Below are positions 38,604 to 51,059 of a DNA stretch of 64,000 bases, piece after piece. The position numbers and the translations under genes were made by a program. Every line of letters starts with the position of its first letter. The stretch's first letter is position 1. A model generated the notes under the pieces. It had not been told where the DNA came from and ran no database searches. It saw only the letters and a list, made by a program, of their open reading frames with translations. The DNA lies in the NCBI GenBank assembly GCA_946965045.2, contig OX337233.1:2170001-2234000 (forward strand), written 5' to 3'. Origin of the DNA: Epithemia pelagica. Lineage: Eukaryota; Protista; Bacillariophyta.

Positions 38604-39321
38604 CTAAGGAAGGTATGGGAAGCCATTGCCAGTCACAAGGGATCCGGCAACCATACCACCAATAGCAACCATAGCAAGGCGTCCGTTCTTAAGTTCCTTC
38701 AATTGCATTTCACGGAACTTGGCTTCGTCCTTGGGCTTGAGTTTGAGTGGGTCGAAGCCAAAGTCACCCGGTGCGCGGTCGAATTCGTTCATGTTGGCCA
38801 AGGCACCGAATGAGGATGCTTCAAGGTAGGAAATGGCGGCGAAGATTTGAATCATGGAGTCGGGAAGGGCATCGTGGGCATCAATGACCTTGGGAATGGC
38901 TTCGAAAGAGAATTGTTCCCCCGGGATGCGCACAAATTCTGGTAGAACAGCACCCACTGTGGCCAACATGGCAACACGGCCGTGCTTCAATTCGGCCTCA
39001 CGGAACCAGGGGACCCAATCAGGGCATGACTACAGTGCGTATGAAACACAGAAACATACAGACATTCATTCAGCGCCCTATGCCTTTCAAATAAGAAACA
39101 CAAAGTCATGCATGACCAGCCAATAGACTTACCTCTGTGAAGCCAACAGGGTCAAAGTTCTTGGAACCAGTTTCACCCACGAACATAGGTTCGACACTGT
39201 CACCACCAGCGTAGCCATTGCAGAAGTCCTTCAAGGCCGATGTTCTGGCAGTTTGTTGGGCAGGGGCAAAAGCCAAAGCCGAAGTCAGCAACGACGCAAA
39301 TACAAGGGATTTCATCATCAT
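38604..39321 (-). CDS. Lhcr: Light-harvesting complex protein, Lhcr-type; join(complement 39133..39321,38604..39029)
   Basis: ALAF-AP presequence; WFREAELKHGRVAM and KELKNGRLAM chlorophyll-binding motifs; GDFGFDPL. Intron 39132-39030. Confidence 0.92.
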
Positions 39322-39525
39322 GGTGGTAAAAACAGAGATGTGATAAGGAAGGAAGTGGGGCGTATCGTCAAATTGTGTCCAGCTAGGGAGTGCAAGATCG
39401 CAGTTCAACCTTGCATGGTGGGGCAAAGAGTACGAAGTATCTTTGCCAATAGAGGGCCTTCAAATTCCCCTCCAACAACAAGACACGTCAACTGGGGTGT
39501 ATCAATTTACACAATCAAATCCACC

Positions 39526-40204
39526 ATGAAGTTCCTTGCCGTCTTTGCGTCTTTGATTGCCTGCGCGACAGCATTCGCTCCGTCTTCCAAGCCGGCTGTC
39601 ACCTCCACCGCCCTTGCTGGTGCCGTGGACTCCATGCCTGGAAAGATTGACTTCCGCAGAAAAGAGTTCTTCTTTGACCCTCTTTCCTTGAGCACCACGT
39701 ATGAACCTTTCCTTCCTTTCTTCCGTGAGGCTGAATTGCGTCACGGACGAACAGCCATGTTGGCCGTCCTTGGAATGATCGTTCCCGATTATTTCCGCAT
39801 CCCGGGAGAAGCCTACTCATTCGAAGCCATCCCCAAGACTGTCGATGCCCACGATGCTCTTATCTCGGGCCCCATGACCCAACTTGTGCTCTGGATCAGT
39901 CTTTTCGATACGGTCATCACTAGCCCCGCTGTTGCCGCTACAATGAAGGGAGAACGTGAACCTGGTGGTACGTTTGGGTTAGAATCATTCACGACTTTTG
40001 AAACTTTTTAACTTTCGTCTTACGCACTTGATCCTACGCATTTATTTGACAGACTTTGGATGGTACACCTGGAAGCCAAAGGACGAGGACCGTTACTTGT
40101 ACTCTGTTGATAGCGAACTCCTTAACGGACGCTTGGCAATGATGGCCTGCGGAGGTATCTTCACTCAAGCTGTTCTCTCTGGCAAGGGCTTCCCTTTCAT
40201 CTAA
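39526..40204 (+). CDS. Lhcr: Light-harvesting complex protein, Lhcr-type; join(39526..39967,40053..40204)
   Basis: ATAF-AP presequence; FREAELRHGRTAM and SELLNGRLAM motifs. Intron 39968-40052. Confidence 0.92.
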
Positions 40205-40387
40205 ACTAGCTTCACCATCTTCTGGGATTGAACAAGATTCTATTTTGTTCCCTCGATCACCTGATCTCGGTACTTCGAAGTAGAACAGTTTGACTGTCTG
40301 CTGCTAGAGTTTCATGATTTATTTTTCATCCTAAAATAATCAGCTGCTCTTCTCTTGCGATCGCTTTTCGCGAGTTGTAGTAGTTTC

Positions 40388-43300
40388 TTAATTTGACATG
40401 GCCACTTCAAAACGTTTTCGATCTCGTTTCTTTTTTGAGTTGTGCTTGATCTTTGCCTCTTGAAGTCTCCGAGTTACGAGGGAGTCTGGTTTGTCCGAAC
40501 AGCAAATCGAGGCCTGAAAGGCATCCACTGCGGCTGACCAATCGCCTTGTTCCATCTCAGCCGATCCCAGTCGAAAGTAACCTTTCGCTTGCAGTGCTCT
40601 CGCATGCTTATAGGTTTCCTCAGGTTCATCTTCGTGTATGACGATATATTCCTCTCTGTCTCGCGGATCGGGAATAACGACGGCACCGCGACGTGCTGTG
40701 AACGGACTCAATAGTCGTAAAGCTTCCACTGCATGCGAACACGCATCGGCAACTGCCGAAAACCGTGGCTTGAGCAACAGCAAAGCCATGTTCAGCCTGG
40801 ATGTGATTAACACCCACAACAGTGGGGACCACACTATCGGCAGACACTCCTGTCGTTTCCCAGTTGCCACACATAAACCCGCCTTCAAATGTGCAAGCTC
40901 ACCGTGACTCCCTTCGAAGTATCTCATAAAGGCTACAGAGCAATATTGAATGGACTTGTCATACCGTCGAGCAGCAGTGTCTAGCTGACCATCTTTCGTA
41001 GCTTCATTGCCACCCTCTTTCAGTAAAACAGAGGTTTCGAACAAGTACCTTTGACTTCGGGCTTTGGCATTCTCACTTAACACCACATGAGCACCTTCAC
41101 TCTCATCATCATCTGTCTCGTTCCCTGATGAGCGACGTGATGACTGTGTATCATCTTCCTCTTTGGAGTCGTCGTCGCTAATATCCCACACTGGCCAGGC
41201 AAAGTCATCCTTTCCACTTCCTTTATATAATCGAAGCCAGATCGGAGGATCATCCAACAAAGAATACTGTTTGTTGTCGTGTTCAACAAATTCTTTCAGC
41301 AAATGGCTTGGACCAACTTCGTTGCGTGTCAGAAGATAGTCACTCCAATTTTTCCAGTTTAAATGGTACTTCTCCAGCTTAAGCGGGTCAGTAGTCATAC
41401 GTTCGTCAAGCAAAATCCAATCACTGGGGTGGTCCGGCACCAGATCAGCTGGATGCGTTTTCCCCACGTTTCGGAAATTCCACGGTTGGTGATTGTGAAA
41501 GCTGAACGAAACTCCCAATCGCTCGGCCTGATGTCTCAGTCGGCATATGCTTGTACGGACAGTCAATGGACACAAACCATGTGAATCGATTGGAACGGCC
41601 ATTTCTGTTTGCGCTGTCCGATAGCATTCATATCGATTGGAGCGGAGTATTTGAGGAAGTGATTTATATGCATTTCCGATGCGGGGAGAATCGTAATCCA
41701 CCATTCCACGTCGATTCGGTGCCGAAAATTTGCCGCTCGCAGAAATCTCCTGCCGACTGGCAATAAAATCTGGCAGAATTCCAGGCGAAGTTTTGAAGAG
41801 TGAACATAACATCTGTGCAGCTTTGGGGTTCTGTGCAACTGGACTCATTTCAAACTTGTCCTTTTGCAAGCACATTGCCCGGCCTTCTCGAGAATCATTC
41901 ACAGATGGATCGATTGGGGGTGTAGCTCTCCAGAGGCGAGCGGTTGAATCAATCCCATAGGTGATGAAAAAGGGGAGTGATGGATGCGGAACGACCCCAT
42001 TACAGGTGGACGTATCGGCACTCATGAGGGAGACAACTGCGCCTGTATCACGTTCCATTATCCAGGCATGGCCTGAATCTGACCCGGTGCAGATGTATTC
42101 ATCGTGAGGACCGGCATATCTTGCATTCTTTAAAAATGTGAACCTGTTCAAATGACCACCATATACCATTGCGTCGGAAACGGGTCTCCGAGTGCTACTA
42201 TTCGCTGCTCTGAAATCGATTTCATCCAGAGTTGGTCCTGCAGGACAGGAAGACTTTTCGCCCAGAATAGGAAATGAGTAGATTTGATCACTTTCATACG
42301 ATACAAGTAGTTCTCTTCCATCTTTGGAAACATCCAACCCACTAACCGACACGTCTCCGGTCAAAAGGACAAAGCGGGGTTTGTACGATTCTACCACCTG
42401 TCGTCTACTTCCATCCACTCTCAGATCGTAAAGATCCACAAAAGCCGATGAACCACCGGCAAACACGTAATGAGACTCAGTTTCCGCTGACGATGGTCGC
42501 CACACTGCACATGCCTTGCAACAGCGCGACGATGACCGACTATCCAGGCTCCTATCTCCACTGCTAGCATCTGAAGCCTCACCCAACAACGACTGTCGTG
42601 TCTGTTCCCTTGGTGAGAGGCGCAAATCGAACAGGTGCAGACCGCGGTCGCTGCACAATAAGCCTGTCTGTGCATTTAGCATTTTATGAGAGAACGCCAA
42701 TCCTGAATGAAGAAGGAAGGAAGGTTCTTCGCCATGAGACAGCAATGGATCAATGATGACGGAAGAAGATTGTGCTTGGACATCGACCAACCGCAGGAAT
42801 CCATCGGCAGCGCATGTCAACATTTTTCCAGGATGTTGGGGGAGAGGAGCCACGTCGAACACATTGCCTCGGTGCCCTGTCGCGATAGTCGCCAACGGGA
42901 CGATACTTCCCGCAACCGTACAACTAGGGTTGTTCTGATAGTGCTTTTTCCATTCACCTTGAAAGCCGGCAGGACGTTTCGTAGTTGATAAGGGACAATA
43001 GGTATCCCATCCACCGACCATCGGGTTTGCAGTTCCCATGGCGTTGCGAGCATCCCAGAGTTTGACAACGCGATCATCTCCCGACGTTGCCAATTGTGTG
43101 GGGCAACTTTCGACACCACCCCATTCATCTTTGACAATGGATGCAGCATAATTCGAGTTCTGAGAGGCAGCCATCCCCGGAGGGGCCGCCAATCTCCACG
43201 GAACTGACATCCAGCATGCTGTGTTGATACAACCTCCATGTCGAAAGTCAGGCTTCCAAAAGATTTTTTTGTTCGACCTGTTACCTCCTTGTGTTTCATC

Positions 43301-43723
43301 ACCTGGTTGATGCCGAGAACTTCTTGGTTGGCTGTCTTCTTCCATTACATCGCTATCGTCTTGATCTTCGATTGACTCGACATTACTATCGATATCGTCC
43401 GAATCTTCGTTCCGGCGGCCACTGAGAAAAAGAGCCATCTCCTCCAAATCCTCATCGGTCATTGGATTCTCATCTTCTTCTTCTCCATAGTCGTCGTCCT
43501 CGTCGCCCTCCTCCTCTTCCTCTGAATGTGCAACGTGTCGATGGCCCAATCGTGTCCATGTAAACTGCGCGTCATCGTCATCGTCATCGTCGTCATCTTC
43601 ATCGCTCCCTGTATCAACGTGATCATCCTCTCGTCCAGAACGCCGAGCTTTCCTCTGTAAGTTGGCAGCGTACATGATACTAGCGGGAGTTCCTGGACCA
43701 GTCGCTAGCATAAGATTGTGCAT
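40388..43723 (-). CDS. WD40 protein with C-terminal TPR-like region, DCAF8/WDTC1-like
   Basis: HGGCINT, GHRGNVF, ELLVSYESDQIYSF, GHLN..TFLKNARYAG..DEYICTGSDSG, NGVVPHP..PFFITYGIDSTARLW. TPR-like LKEGGNEA..DG....A...Y and KGYFRLGSA. Confidence 0.8.
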   Translation of the reverse strand: MHNLMLATGPGTPASIMYAANLQRKARRSGREDDHVDTGSDEDDDDDDDDDAQFTWTRLGHRHVAHSEEEEEGDEDDDYGEEEDENPMTDEDLEEMALFLSGRRNEDSDDIDSNVESIEDQDDSDVMEEDSQPRSSRHQPGDETQGGNRSNKKIFWKPDFRHGGCINTACWMSVPWRLAAPPGMAASQNSNYAASIVKDEWGGVESCPTQLATSGDDRVVKLWDARNAMGTANPMVGGWDTYCPLSTTKRPAGFQGEWKKHYQNNPSCTVAGSIVPLATIATGHRGNVFDVAPLPQHPGKMLTCAADGFLRLVDVQAQSSSVIIDPLLSHGEEPSFLLHSGLAFSHKMLNAQTGLLCSDRGLHLFDLRLSPREQTRQSLLGEASDASSGDRSLDSRSSSRCCKACAVWRPSSAETESHYVFAGGSSAFVDLYDLRVDGSRRQVVESYKPRFVLLTGDVSVSGLDVSKDGRELLVSYESDQIYSFPILGEKSSCPAGPTLDEIDFRAANSSTRRPVSDAMVYGGHLNRFTFLKNARYAGPHDEYICTGSDSGHAWIMERDTGAVVSLMSADTSTCNGVVPHPSLPFFITYGIDSTARLWRATPPIDPSVNDSREGRAMCLQKDKFEMSPVAQNPKAAQMLCSLFKTSPGILPDFIASRQEISASGKFSAPNRRGMVDYDSPRIGNAYKSLPQILRSNRYECYRTAQTEMAVPIDSHGLCPLTVRTSICRLRHQAERLGVSFSFHNHQPWNFRNVGKTHPADLVPDHPSDWILLDERMTTDPLKLEKYHLNWKNWSDYLLTRNEVGPSHLLKEFVEHDNKQYSLLDDPPIWLRLYKGSGKDDFAWPVWDISDDDSKEEDDTQSSRRSSGNETDDDESEGAHVVLSENAKARSQRYLFETSVLLKEGGNEATKDGQLDTAARRYDKSIQYCSVAFMRYFEGSHGELAHLKAGLCVATGKRQECLPIVWSPLLWVLITSRLNMALLLLKPRFSAVADACSHAVEALRLLSPFTARRGAVVIPDPRDREEYIVIHEDEPEETYKHARALQAKGYFRLGSAEMEQGDWSAAVDAFQASICCSDKPDSLVTRRLQEAKIKHNSKKKRDRKRFEVAMSN

Positions 43724-44621
43724 ACGATCTTGATTCCTAAAGAATAAAGATACAAAGATTCAAAACAGGGACCACAGTAAGACCTTCACACAGCGATTCA
43801 TTCCACAAGAACGAGTCCGACCGCGGTGCCGAGCAAACTTATTGGAGGCGCAGAAACCCGGCAAATGGGGTACTTAGGGTTGCGAAAGGTACATACCATG
43901 CCATCGATGAAAGATGAGACGTCAATGATGACGGTCTCAGAGCGGTTCCTCCCAAAGTTTGCCGTCGCCATAGGATCGAATTCAAACTCAAATCTTTCCC
44001 TCCCAAGGCACCGGATTCTCGAAAAATCTCCAGGATTGGATCTTTCATAATGGGACGATCATCACACCAGTGAGAATGTCCCTCTCCAAGGTCCATTTCT
44101 TTGGTTTCTTTGATTTCACTATTGTTTTCGACCTTCCTTCCTCCCAATTGAGAGTCACTCTAAACCACGACGACTCTAGAACAACAAGAAGCCGTTCTTT
44201 GGGCACTCCCCGACCTTCGACATTCACGAACCAAGTATGCCGCGGATGAGGAACTAATAGTCTTCACAATACTCACACGGCCATTTTTTCTGTTTCTTCG
44301 TTTCCGTGCGAGCGATGATGGGGTGAAGGACTGATGCTGATGCCTGATGCCACTTGCCTTGCCGTTATTATTAGGATTCAGAAACAGACATGGTCTCTCT
44401 ACACTCTGCTCTACTGTGATAAAGATAAAGGGATCTTCGCTCTTCGGTTGAATAATGTTGTGTCGTTGCGTTTTTCCGCCTCTCGCAGTCGCAGCTGATT
44501 TTGGTCGCAGAAACACATATATCCGGGTCTGACATCTCTGGACGGACGCAATGATGCCAAAACGCCAGAACAACAATTAACAAATAACAACACGCCGTTG
44601 ACGACCACAACCACTACTACC

Positions 44622-45692
44622 ATGTCCAGCTCGGCAAAATCAGGAGACGGACCCACCACCGCGACAGGGACAAGTCGAGGGTTTGGTGGGAAAGGACGCC
44701 GTGGAGGCTCCAGCGCAGGAAAGTCGGGTGGAGGAAGCGGAGGAACCAGTCGGTCCTATCCTCGTGGCGTCGGTCTCGATTTCCGAAAGTTGGCCGGTCT
44801 TACCCTGCTCGGTTATATCGATCATCATGGTACGTATCCTTTCTGCTGTATTTGTGGAGGTATAGGTATGAGCGATTTCCATGGATTTGATTTTGCCCTC
44901 GTTGCATGGACGGTCCTGCCCAGATTGACCACAATAGCCTTCTGACTGACAGCTTGTGACTATTAAACCGTGCTGGCTTTTTGTGACACTTACCAACGCT
45001 GGACAGGAGTCCAAGTTCGTCCCGAAGCTCCTCCTTCAGAGCTTGCAGTTGCAGTAGCACGTCATTTTGAGCATGTGGAAGTTGATGAAGAAGAATGCAT
45101 TGGGGGATTCTTGGAACGCCTCGAAAAGGGCACCAGCGTCTTGCCAACAGATTATTCACGCAAAACAGCCTTTTTCGATGGCCACGACCAGTCTCAAGCA
45201 CAACGGAAACGTCGCCGCTCCAAGTGGGCTGCTCGACAAGGTGAACAAGTGGCAGCTAAAGTGACGCGCACAGATGAAAATGGCAGCTGGATTCTGGCAT
45301 CGGTTCAACGCTTCTACAGCGACACCGAAACCTACGACGTCCAAGACGAAGATGACACATCTAAGCTCATTCGCTTGCCGTGGTCTCATGTCATGCGATT
45401 GTCCACGGGAACAGAAGGCTGTTTTCAAAAGGATACGGATTGTATGGCCATCTTTCCAGAAACAACCTCGTTTTATCGGGCCAAAGTGAGCAAGTCTCCA
45501 GTCTGGAAGATTGATCGGTCGGGAAACCCTATGGTGAAGGAAATCATTGTCCAATTTGAAGACGACGAAGATAACCAAGGACGCACCCCGCATCGCCGCG
45601 TTCCTAGTCGCTATGTCATTCCCATTCCGCAAGATTACTTTTACGATGAAGGTGAGGAAATTGAGCTGGCGGCTACCGCTGGCACCAAATAG
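44622..45692 (+). CDS. SGF29: SGF29 tandem-Tudor protein with N-terminal SAP30-like Sin3-binding domain; join(44622..44829,45007..45692)
   Basis: GEQVAAKV...WILASV...YDVQDEDD, MAIFPETTSFYRAKV, VQFEDDED (SGF29). LDFRKL...L..YIDHHGVQVRP.....ELAVAVARHF..VEVDEEECIGGF (SAP30 C-terminal pattern). Intron 44830-45006. Confidence 0.8.
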
Positions 45693-45862
45693 CTTCAAGT
45701 CGATGATACCAAGTCAAAGTGTGGTGAGGAAGAAGACGGACAGAAGGTATCTCAATTAGCGTTATAAGGGGATGACAATTATAGTTGTTCTGTTTCCGAA
45801 CATACAGTATGTACAAACTGATTGGCTTCAGCATAAACTTCGAGTGACGTGGGTACCAGCAG

Positions 45863-47013
45863 CTATGCATTCTCTGCTGTCGATCCATAGGATGGACTTC
45901 CTTTCAACAGTGACATTACTTCTGACCCTCTTGGGCGGTTGGTGTTTGATGAAGCAGATCCCAGAGAGTCAACCCTTTTTATTGATGACCCAGATGACAC
46001 GAGCGGTGGTGTCCCTTTCTTCCCCGATGATCCCTCTTCAGGAGGGTGCGGATGTGGAGACGTTCGATCTGCCTTGTGCGGATTTGGATTCATGATAAAC
46101 AAGAAAGTCACCGCCGGTGCCAGTTCCAAAATTCCATAGTTGACCCACCAGTAAACTTTTTCAGGGGGAGCAATCACAATCCGAGCAAAGACCACTGTGT
46201 GTCCGGCAAAAACTAGCAGGCACAGAATCGTACACACATACAATCGAATCACCAAGGGCCGATGATTGGACAGACTGGGTCTCAGTAATATCCACAACTG
46301 TGGGCAGAGGTAGGCTATTGCTCCAAACAAAGCCGCATAAATACAGCAGAGGAGTGCATAGAGAAGAACCGAGGCGACGCTATTGAAGAGCTCTAAAACA
46401 ATCAAGCCGCTGTAGACAATGTATGCAGTGGCTTGAATGACAAAACTTGCTTCTGTACCAGAAAAAGTCCCTGCAGCACTCCCAACCAACTGCACAAAAA
46501 ACATAACCATCAACGTCCAGGCAGTACAAAAAATCATCTCAGGCAATGTGTCACCAACAAACTGAAGCCATAATGGATGAGTCCATATCATTATTGGCAT
46601 AGAAATCAATCTCGATGTAGTTGCCAGAAGCAAAAGACGGCGAAACTGATTGATGCACATGTCACAGTGAGAAGAGAATGGTTAGAGTTTCGATGGGAGT
46701 GCGACCAAGCAAATGGAGAGAAACATACTGTACATCGGGTTCGATCGGCTTGGGAAACCGCTTCTGCTCCGCCATGTTCGACATCTGCTGCCTCCCGAGA
46801 TCTCAGGATTTTACTTTCTCTAAAAACCTGCCATGTTAGAACAGACGAAGCAAGAAAGAAGGCTAACCATAAAATACTCCATGATATCATATAGTCTTCG
46901 CGTGGAGTGACACGAATATGAACCGTTGATATGATGGTAGTTGCGTTGACATCATGCCTCCATGCTGTGAATGTTTGGTCAGTATCTGCGGTTTTGTCGC
47001 TCAGTTCAATCAT
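45863..47013 (-). CDS. Multi-pass membrane protein, TOM1/THH1/TOM3 (DUF1084)-like; join(complement 46729..47013,45863..46645)
   Basis: About seven hydrophobic segments; DTLPEMIFCTAWTLMVMFFVQL and YGILELAP segments. Intron 46728-46646; 1068 nt in frame. Confidence 0.5.
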
Positions 47014-47100
47014 TGTTACTGCAAGACCACATTAGATCAGATTTGAATGCGATGGTGATACTTCGAACTACAATATGCCTTTTCGGTGTGAGTGTGAATG

Positions 47101-47130
47101 CGAGGGGCGAGGGGCGAGGGGCGAGGGGCG
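47101..47130. repeat. Short tandem repeat (GCGAGGG)n, about 4 copies
   Basis: gcgaggg gcgaggg gcgaggg gcgaggg gcga, visible directly in the sequence. Confidence 0.8.
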
Positions 47131-49795
47131 AAAAATAATGGTCTAAAGGAGAGTGTGAAATCTGACAACTACGGATACTCCACCTGGTAGTGGCTCTACT
47201 ACCTTGAAGATAATCGATTAGACTCTTGCTCTACTCTAGAGACTCTAATTAGAGAGATCTACTCTGTTGTAATGAGCTCTACTTTCCGTATGTAGAGTGA
47301 TTAGAGAAAAGCTTGGTGCTAGATAGACAGAGGTAGATCTACTAGTAGAGAGCTCTAACTGTCCGATTCGGCGGGTGCATAACTTCTGTCATCCATCCGA
47401 CATTTTTCTTTTTTCATTTTAGTTTTTACTTGAAATTATAACTCAGTTTTTTTCTCTAAAAGCAGTAATTATAACGTCCATAGCAACTGTCATAACTGGC
47501 TTCGCGCGCTTCGCCTTGGCTTTGGCTTGATACGGAGCACGACGCGAAGAAATCCCACACAAGGATGAACAGTGAACACACACGTGAAACAGAAAAAACA
47601 TGCACAAACACAAGACAAGTGGCAATGGCCCACAACAAGGAAAGCTCTTAGTACATTGACTGCAACTAAAATACAAGCATAGTCAACTCTATATGTATCT
47701 AGGTACTCCTCCTATTTGTTTAGGCTTCCTGGCCCTATCCATTGTATTCTGTCCTTCCTTAGACTCTGATGTCGTCCACACACTGGTTGATTGTCATCTT
47801 GTCATTTTTCATCCTTCTTCTCATTCGGTTGATTGCCGCGTTTACTGATGATCCAGGGGGTAGATCTTGACAGTAGTATTCATGCTATGGTCATTCATTT
47901 TGCTGGACTGTTCGATTTTGTTGCAGCCCCATTGTCATTTCTTGTGGTTCGTCGAAAAGTGAGAAGTGAGACGATTCATGGCACAAAATACGAGGCGAGG
48001 CCGGCGTTCAGATTTCAACGATCGAAGGCAGGCTGACGATTTGACATGGCAGGCGCTTTGGAAAAAAAACAAGAGGCCAAAGTTGGGCAACGTACGAAGG
48101 ACAGAAAATATACACCTCTTGAATCGTTCCCGTAGAGCCCAGATTGGGTGCGATTGGGGGGGTACCTTTGTTCGTCCGTCATCCGAAAGGAAAAAATTGT
48201 CTCGTATTTTTTCCCAAAGCGCCAGCCGGGTGATATCGCCAGCCTCCCTTCGACCGTTCGAAATCGACGCGCCGGTCACGCCTTGTATTGCTAGCACAAG
48301 GGCCAAGAATCGTCTCACTTTTCGTGTAACACCACAAAAGACGACCATGAGCACACCAAAAACCAAAAGAAAACCATCCAGCCGAACAAACGACCACAGA
48401 GACAACTTTGTGGTCAAAACCATCCACGTAGATCACAGGTGAAGGCGGAATGCATCAAAGGAAGGATGACAACATGAAACATGACAATCAACCACTGCAA
48501 TGAACAATCAACCACTGCGCAATGATGAAGCCAAGGTTTGACAGCGTCATCATGGGGTATATAAGCCCAGGAAGCAGGAAGCCTAAACTAGTAGTGGACT
48601 ATGCTTTTATATTTCCCATAGACAAAGTGCCAGGAGCTTGTGTTGATACTCCTAGAGGTGCATTGCACCATGTGCCATGTGTGTGTATTTCATGGTTTGG
48701 TGTGTGTGTGTGATGATTCCGTGAAGCTTGATCCACTACTGCGTAAAGAGTACTGGCTTCGGAAATAGTATAGACTATAGAGTACAAAATGGGCTTGTAA
48801 ATTTCTTTGTCCATGTCTCGTCACGTCTCACGGCCCACGCGGTTCGTGCATGAGCGCAAGCGGCTACACAATAGGCGGACGTTAAATAATCAGAAAACCG
48901 AAACAGCAAAGAGTGTGAAGGTGCAAAATCAAAAGAAATTTGACAGAAATAATTTTTACATTTTTCAGGAAAATTTGGGAATAACCGTATGGACAGCAGA
49001 CGGGAGGTACCCCCGCAATCGGAGGGAAAAAATAATGATCTGCGGTGTACGAGTACAATAGGCTTTAGTAGCGTAGCTCTGAGTTCTGAGGCTAAATACA
49101 GTAGGAGTACAATAGAAGGCCTCTGGTTAGTCTAGCTACTCCTAGCTAGTACCTCGAGTAGATCTTGCCGTGAAAACGAACGGGACCCCCTATCAGAAAT
49201 CAGAAGTGCATGTGTTTGTGTTCCTCATTAAAGAACACGCAATGATAAAAACTGTTACGTCATGATTCGTTATACCTTCCTACCGTAACCGTAGATGAAA
49301 GTAAAGGCATAAAGGCGTACCGAAAGAAAAGAGAAGCAGAGAGGATCACGAATACTCGTACCGAATACGAGTACGGTACGAGAAGGAGTGTTGTAAGAGT
49401 AGTGTACTCGTAGGCTAATAACGTACTCGTACCAATAGCATGATATTTCATAATATATTGTCCTCTTATTAAAGCCCATGTCGGGCAAAGAGTCTATAGC
49501 GCGTCCTTCAGCCATATTCTCCACACTACGATTATCAGTACGAGTACGAACCACACAGTATGGGTCATCGACCCCTTCGGTTTTCTCTGTTTGAAGCCAA
49601 GAGTAAGAGTGCGAAGGTGCGGAACGTGGGGCATTTTGTCTCTGACCAGTAACCAGTAAGCCCAACGACCAACACGCCCACAGCCTGCACTCTATGCACT
49701 CTGGGACGCACTCTGCAATTCTCTCAAAAAAAGAAACACGACGAGGCAAAACAACTCTTAATTTTCTGCCATAGATACGAGGGGATCCAACAACG

Positions 49796-51059
49796 ATGAA
49801 CACAGATCAAGCTCGTCTTCAGAAGATGATGGATGCCGCAAGTGCGTTGACTGTGCTCGCTGAAGACAATGGAGGAAAGAACGATACGAAAACTTCGGAG
49901 ATCAAGACCGATGAAGCCTCATCTGAACAAAGCAAAGAACAGCAGAAGAGGCGCTACCTGCCAGATCACAAGAAGCCCGATGCAGCCCCCACATTTCCTG
50001 AAAAGGTGAGCCTACTGATGATGTGACTTGCAACAAGCTTTCTCTCGAATGTGAGACGATTGGCGCAAAGTTGATTCTTTGGCTAAGTTGGATCCATTGA
50101 TGTTTGGGCGTGATTGCGCGTAGTGTTTCGTGTGATGTAGAAATTCGCGCAGAAACACTACCATGTTGAACGTGAAAGAACTTGCTGATAAAAACTCAAC
50201 ATGTCATGCCATTTGTCGCGACACTCTAAACTTTTTTTTCTTCTTTTCCATCTGATGCTTTATCATTCAGCTCATGGCGATGATGCGCTATGCTGAATCA
50301 CAAGGAGACAGCTTTTGTGTAAGATGGCTTGAGGACGGGAAGTCGTTCATAATAGATGATTCAGATACATTCACCAAAAAAGTGGTTCCGCAATACTTCA
50401 AACCCACAAAATTCTCAAGCTTCACCAGGAAGTTGTACCGTTGGGGTTTTCGTCAGTTAAACCGGGGGATGGGTCAGGATGACCCTGTGATTTTTGGAAA
50501 TGTTTACTTTCAACGGAATAAGCCAGAGCTCATGGCCAAAATGAAGAGTACGACAGCGGCTGCAACCCGGAAAGCCGAGGAAGAGATTGCTCTTTCCAAA
50601 TCCAATTCGGTTGTTTGCGGAATGAAAAGACCAGCTGAAATTGGACAAATTGAACTACAACAGCAGCTCTTATTGAGTGAACTTTTGAGGAAAAAGGGAA
50701 ACTACGAAAACCCGGCCTCGACGTTTGTTCCTTCTGTTACACCGGCTCATTCCGCTCATGTTTATCCGTCATCCGTTGCCCCCATGGGCAATCAAAGGCG
50801 ACCAGTGTTAAATGCTCATGATCTCTCCCTGACGAAGATGATGTATCCAAGCGCAAATCTCACGCTGAATTCGCCGCGTTACTTGTCTCCAGCCCGGGAT
50901 ACATCGCTACTGAGCCAGTTCATTCCACGAAACACTGTGAATCCAGTCGTTGGCATGCCAAGTCTCACGGGGCCACCTCAAAGCTTGCAATTCACACCGA
51001 CTGCCGCTACAACTGCTGAGATTGTCAATGCTGCTATTCAAGCTTTGAAGAATGCATGA
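49796..51059 (+). CDS. Heat-shock-factor-type transcription factor; join(49796..50005,50271..51059)
   Basis: HSF DNA-binding domain FPEKLM...W..DGKSFII....F...VVPQYFKPTKFSSFTRKLYRWGF. Intron 50006-50270 falls right after FPEK. Confidence 0.9.

Noticed and set aside
47443-49803. ORFs of 158-177 aa upstream of the HSF gene
   Set aside because: Overlapping on both strands, with non-coding-like composition and no motifs.
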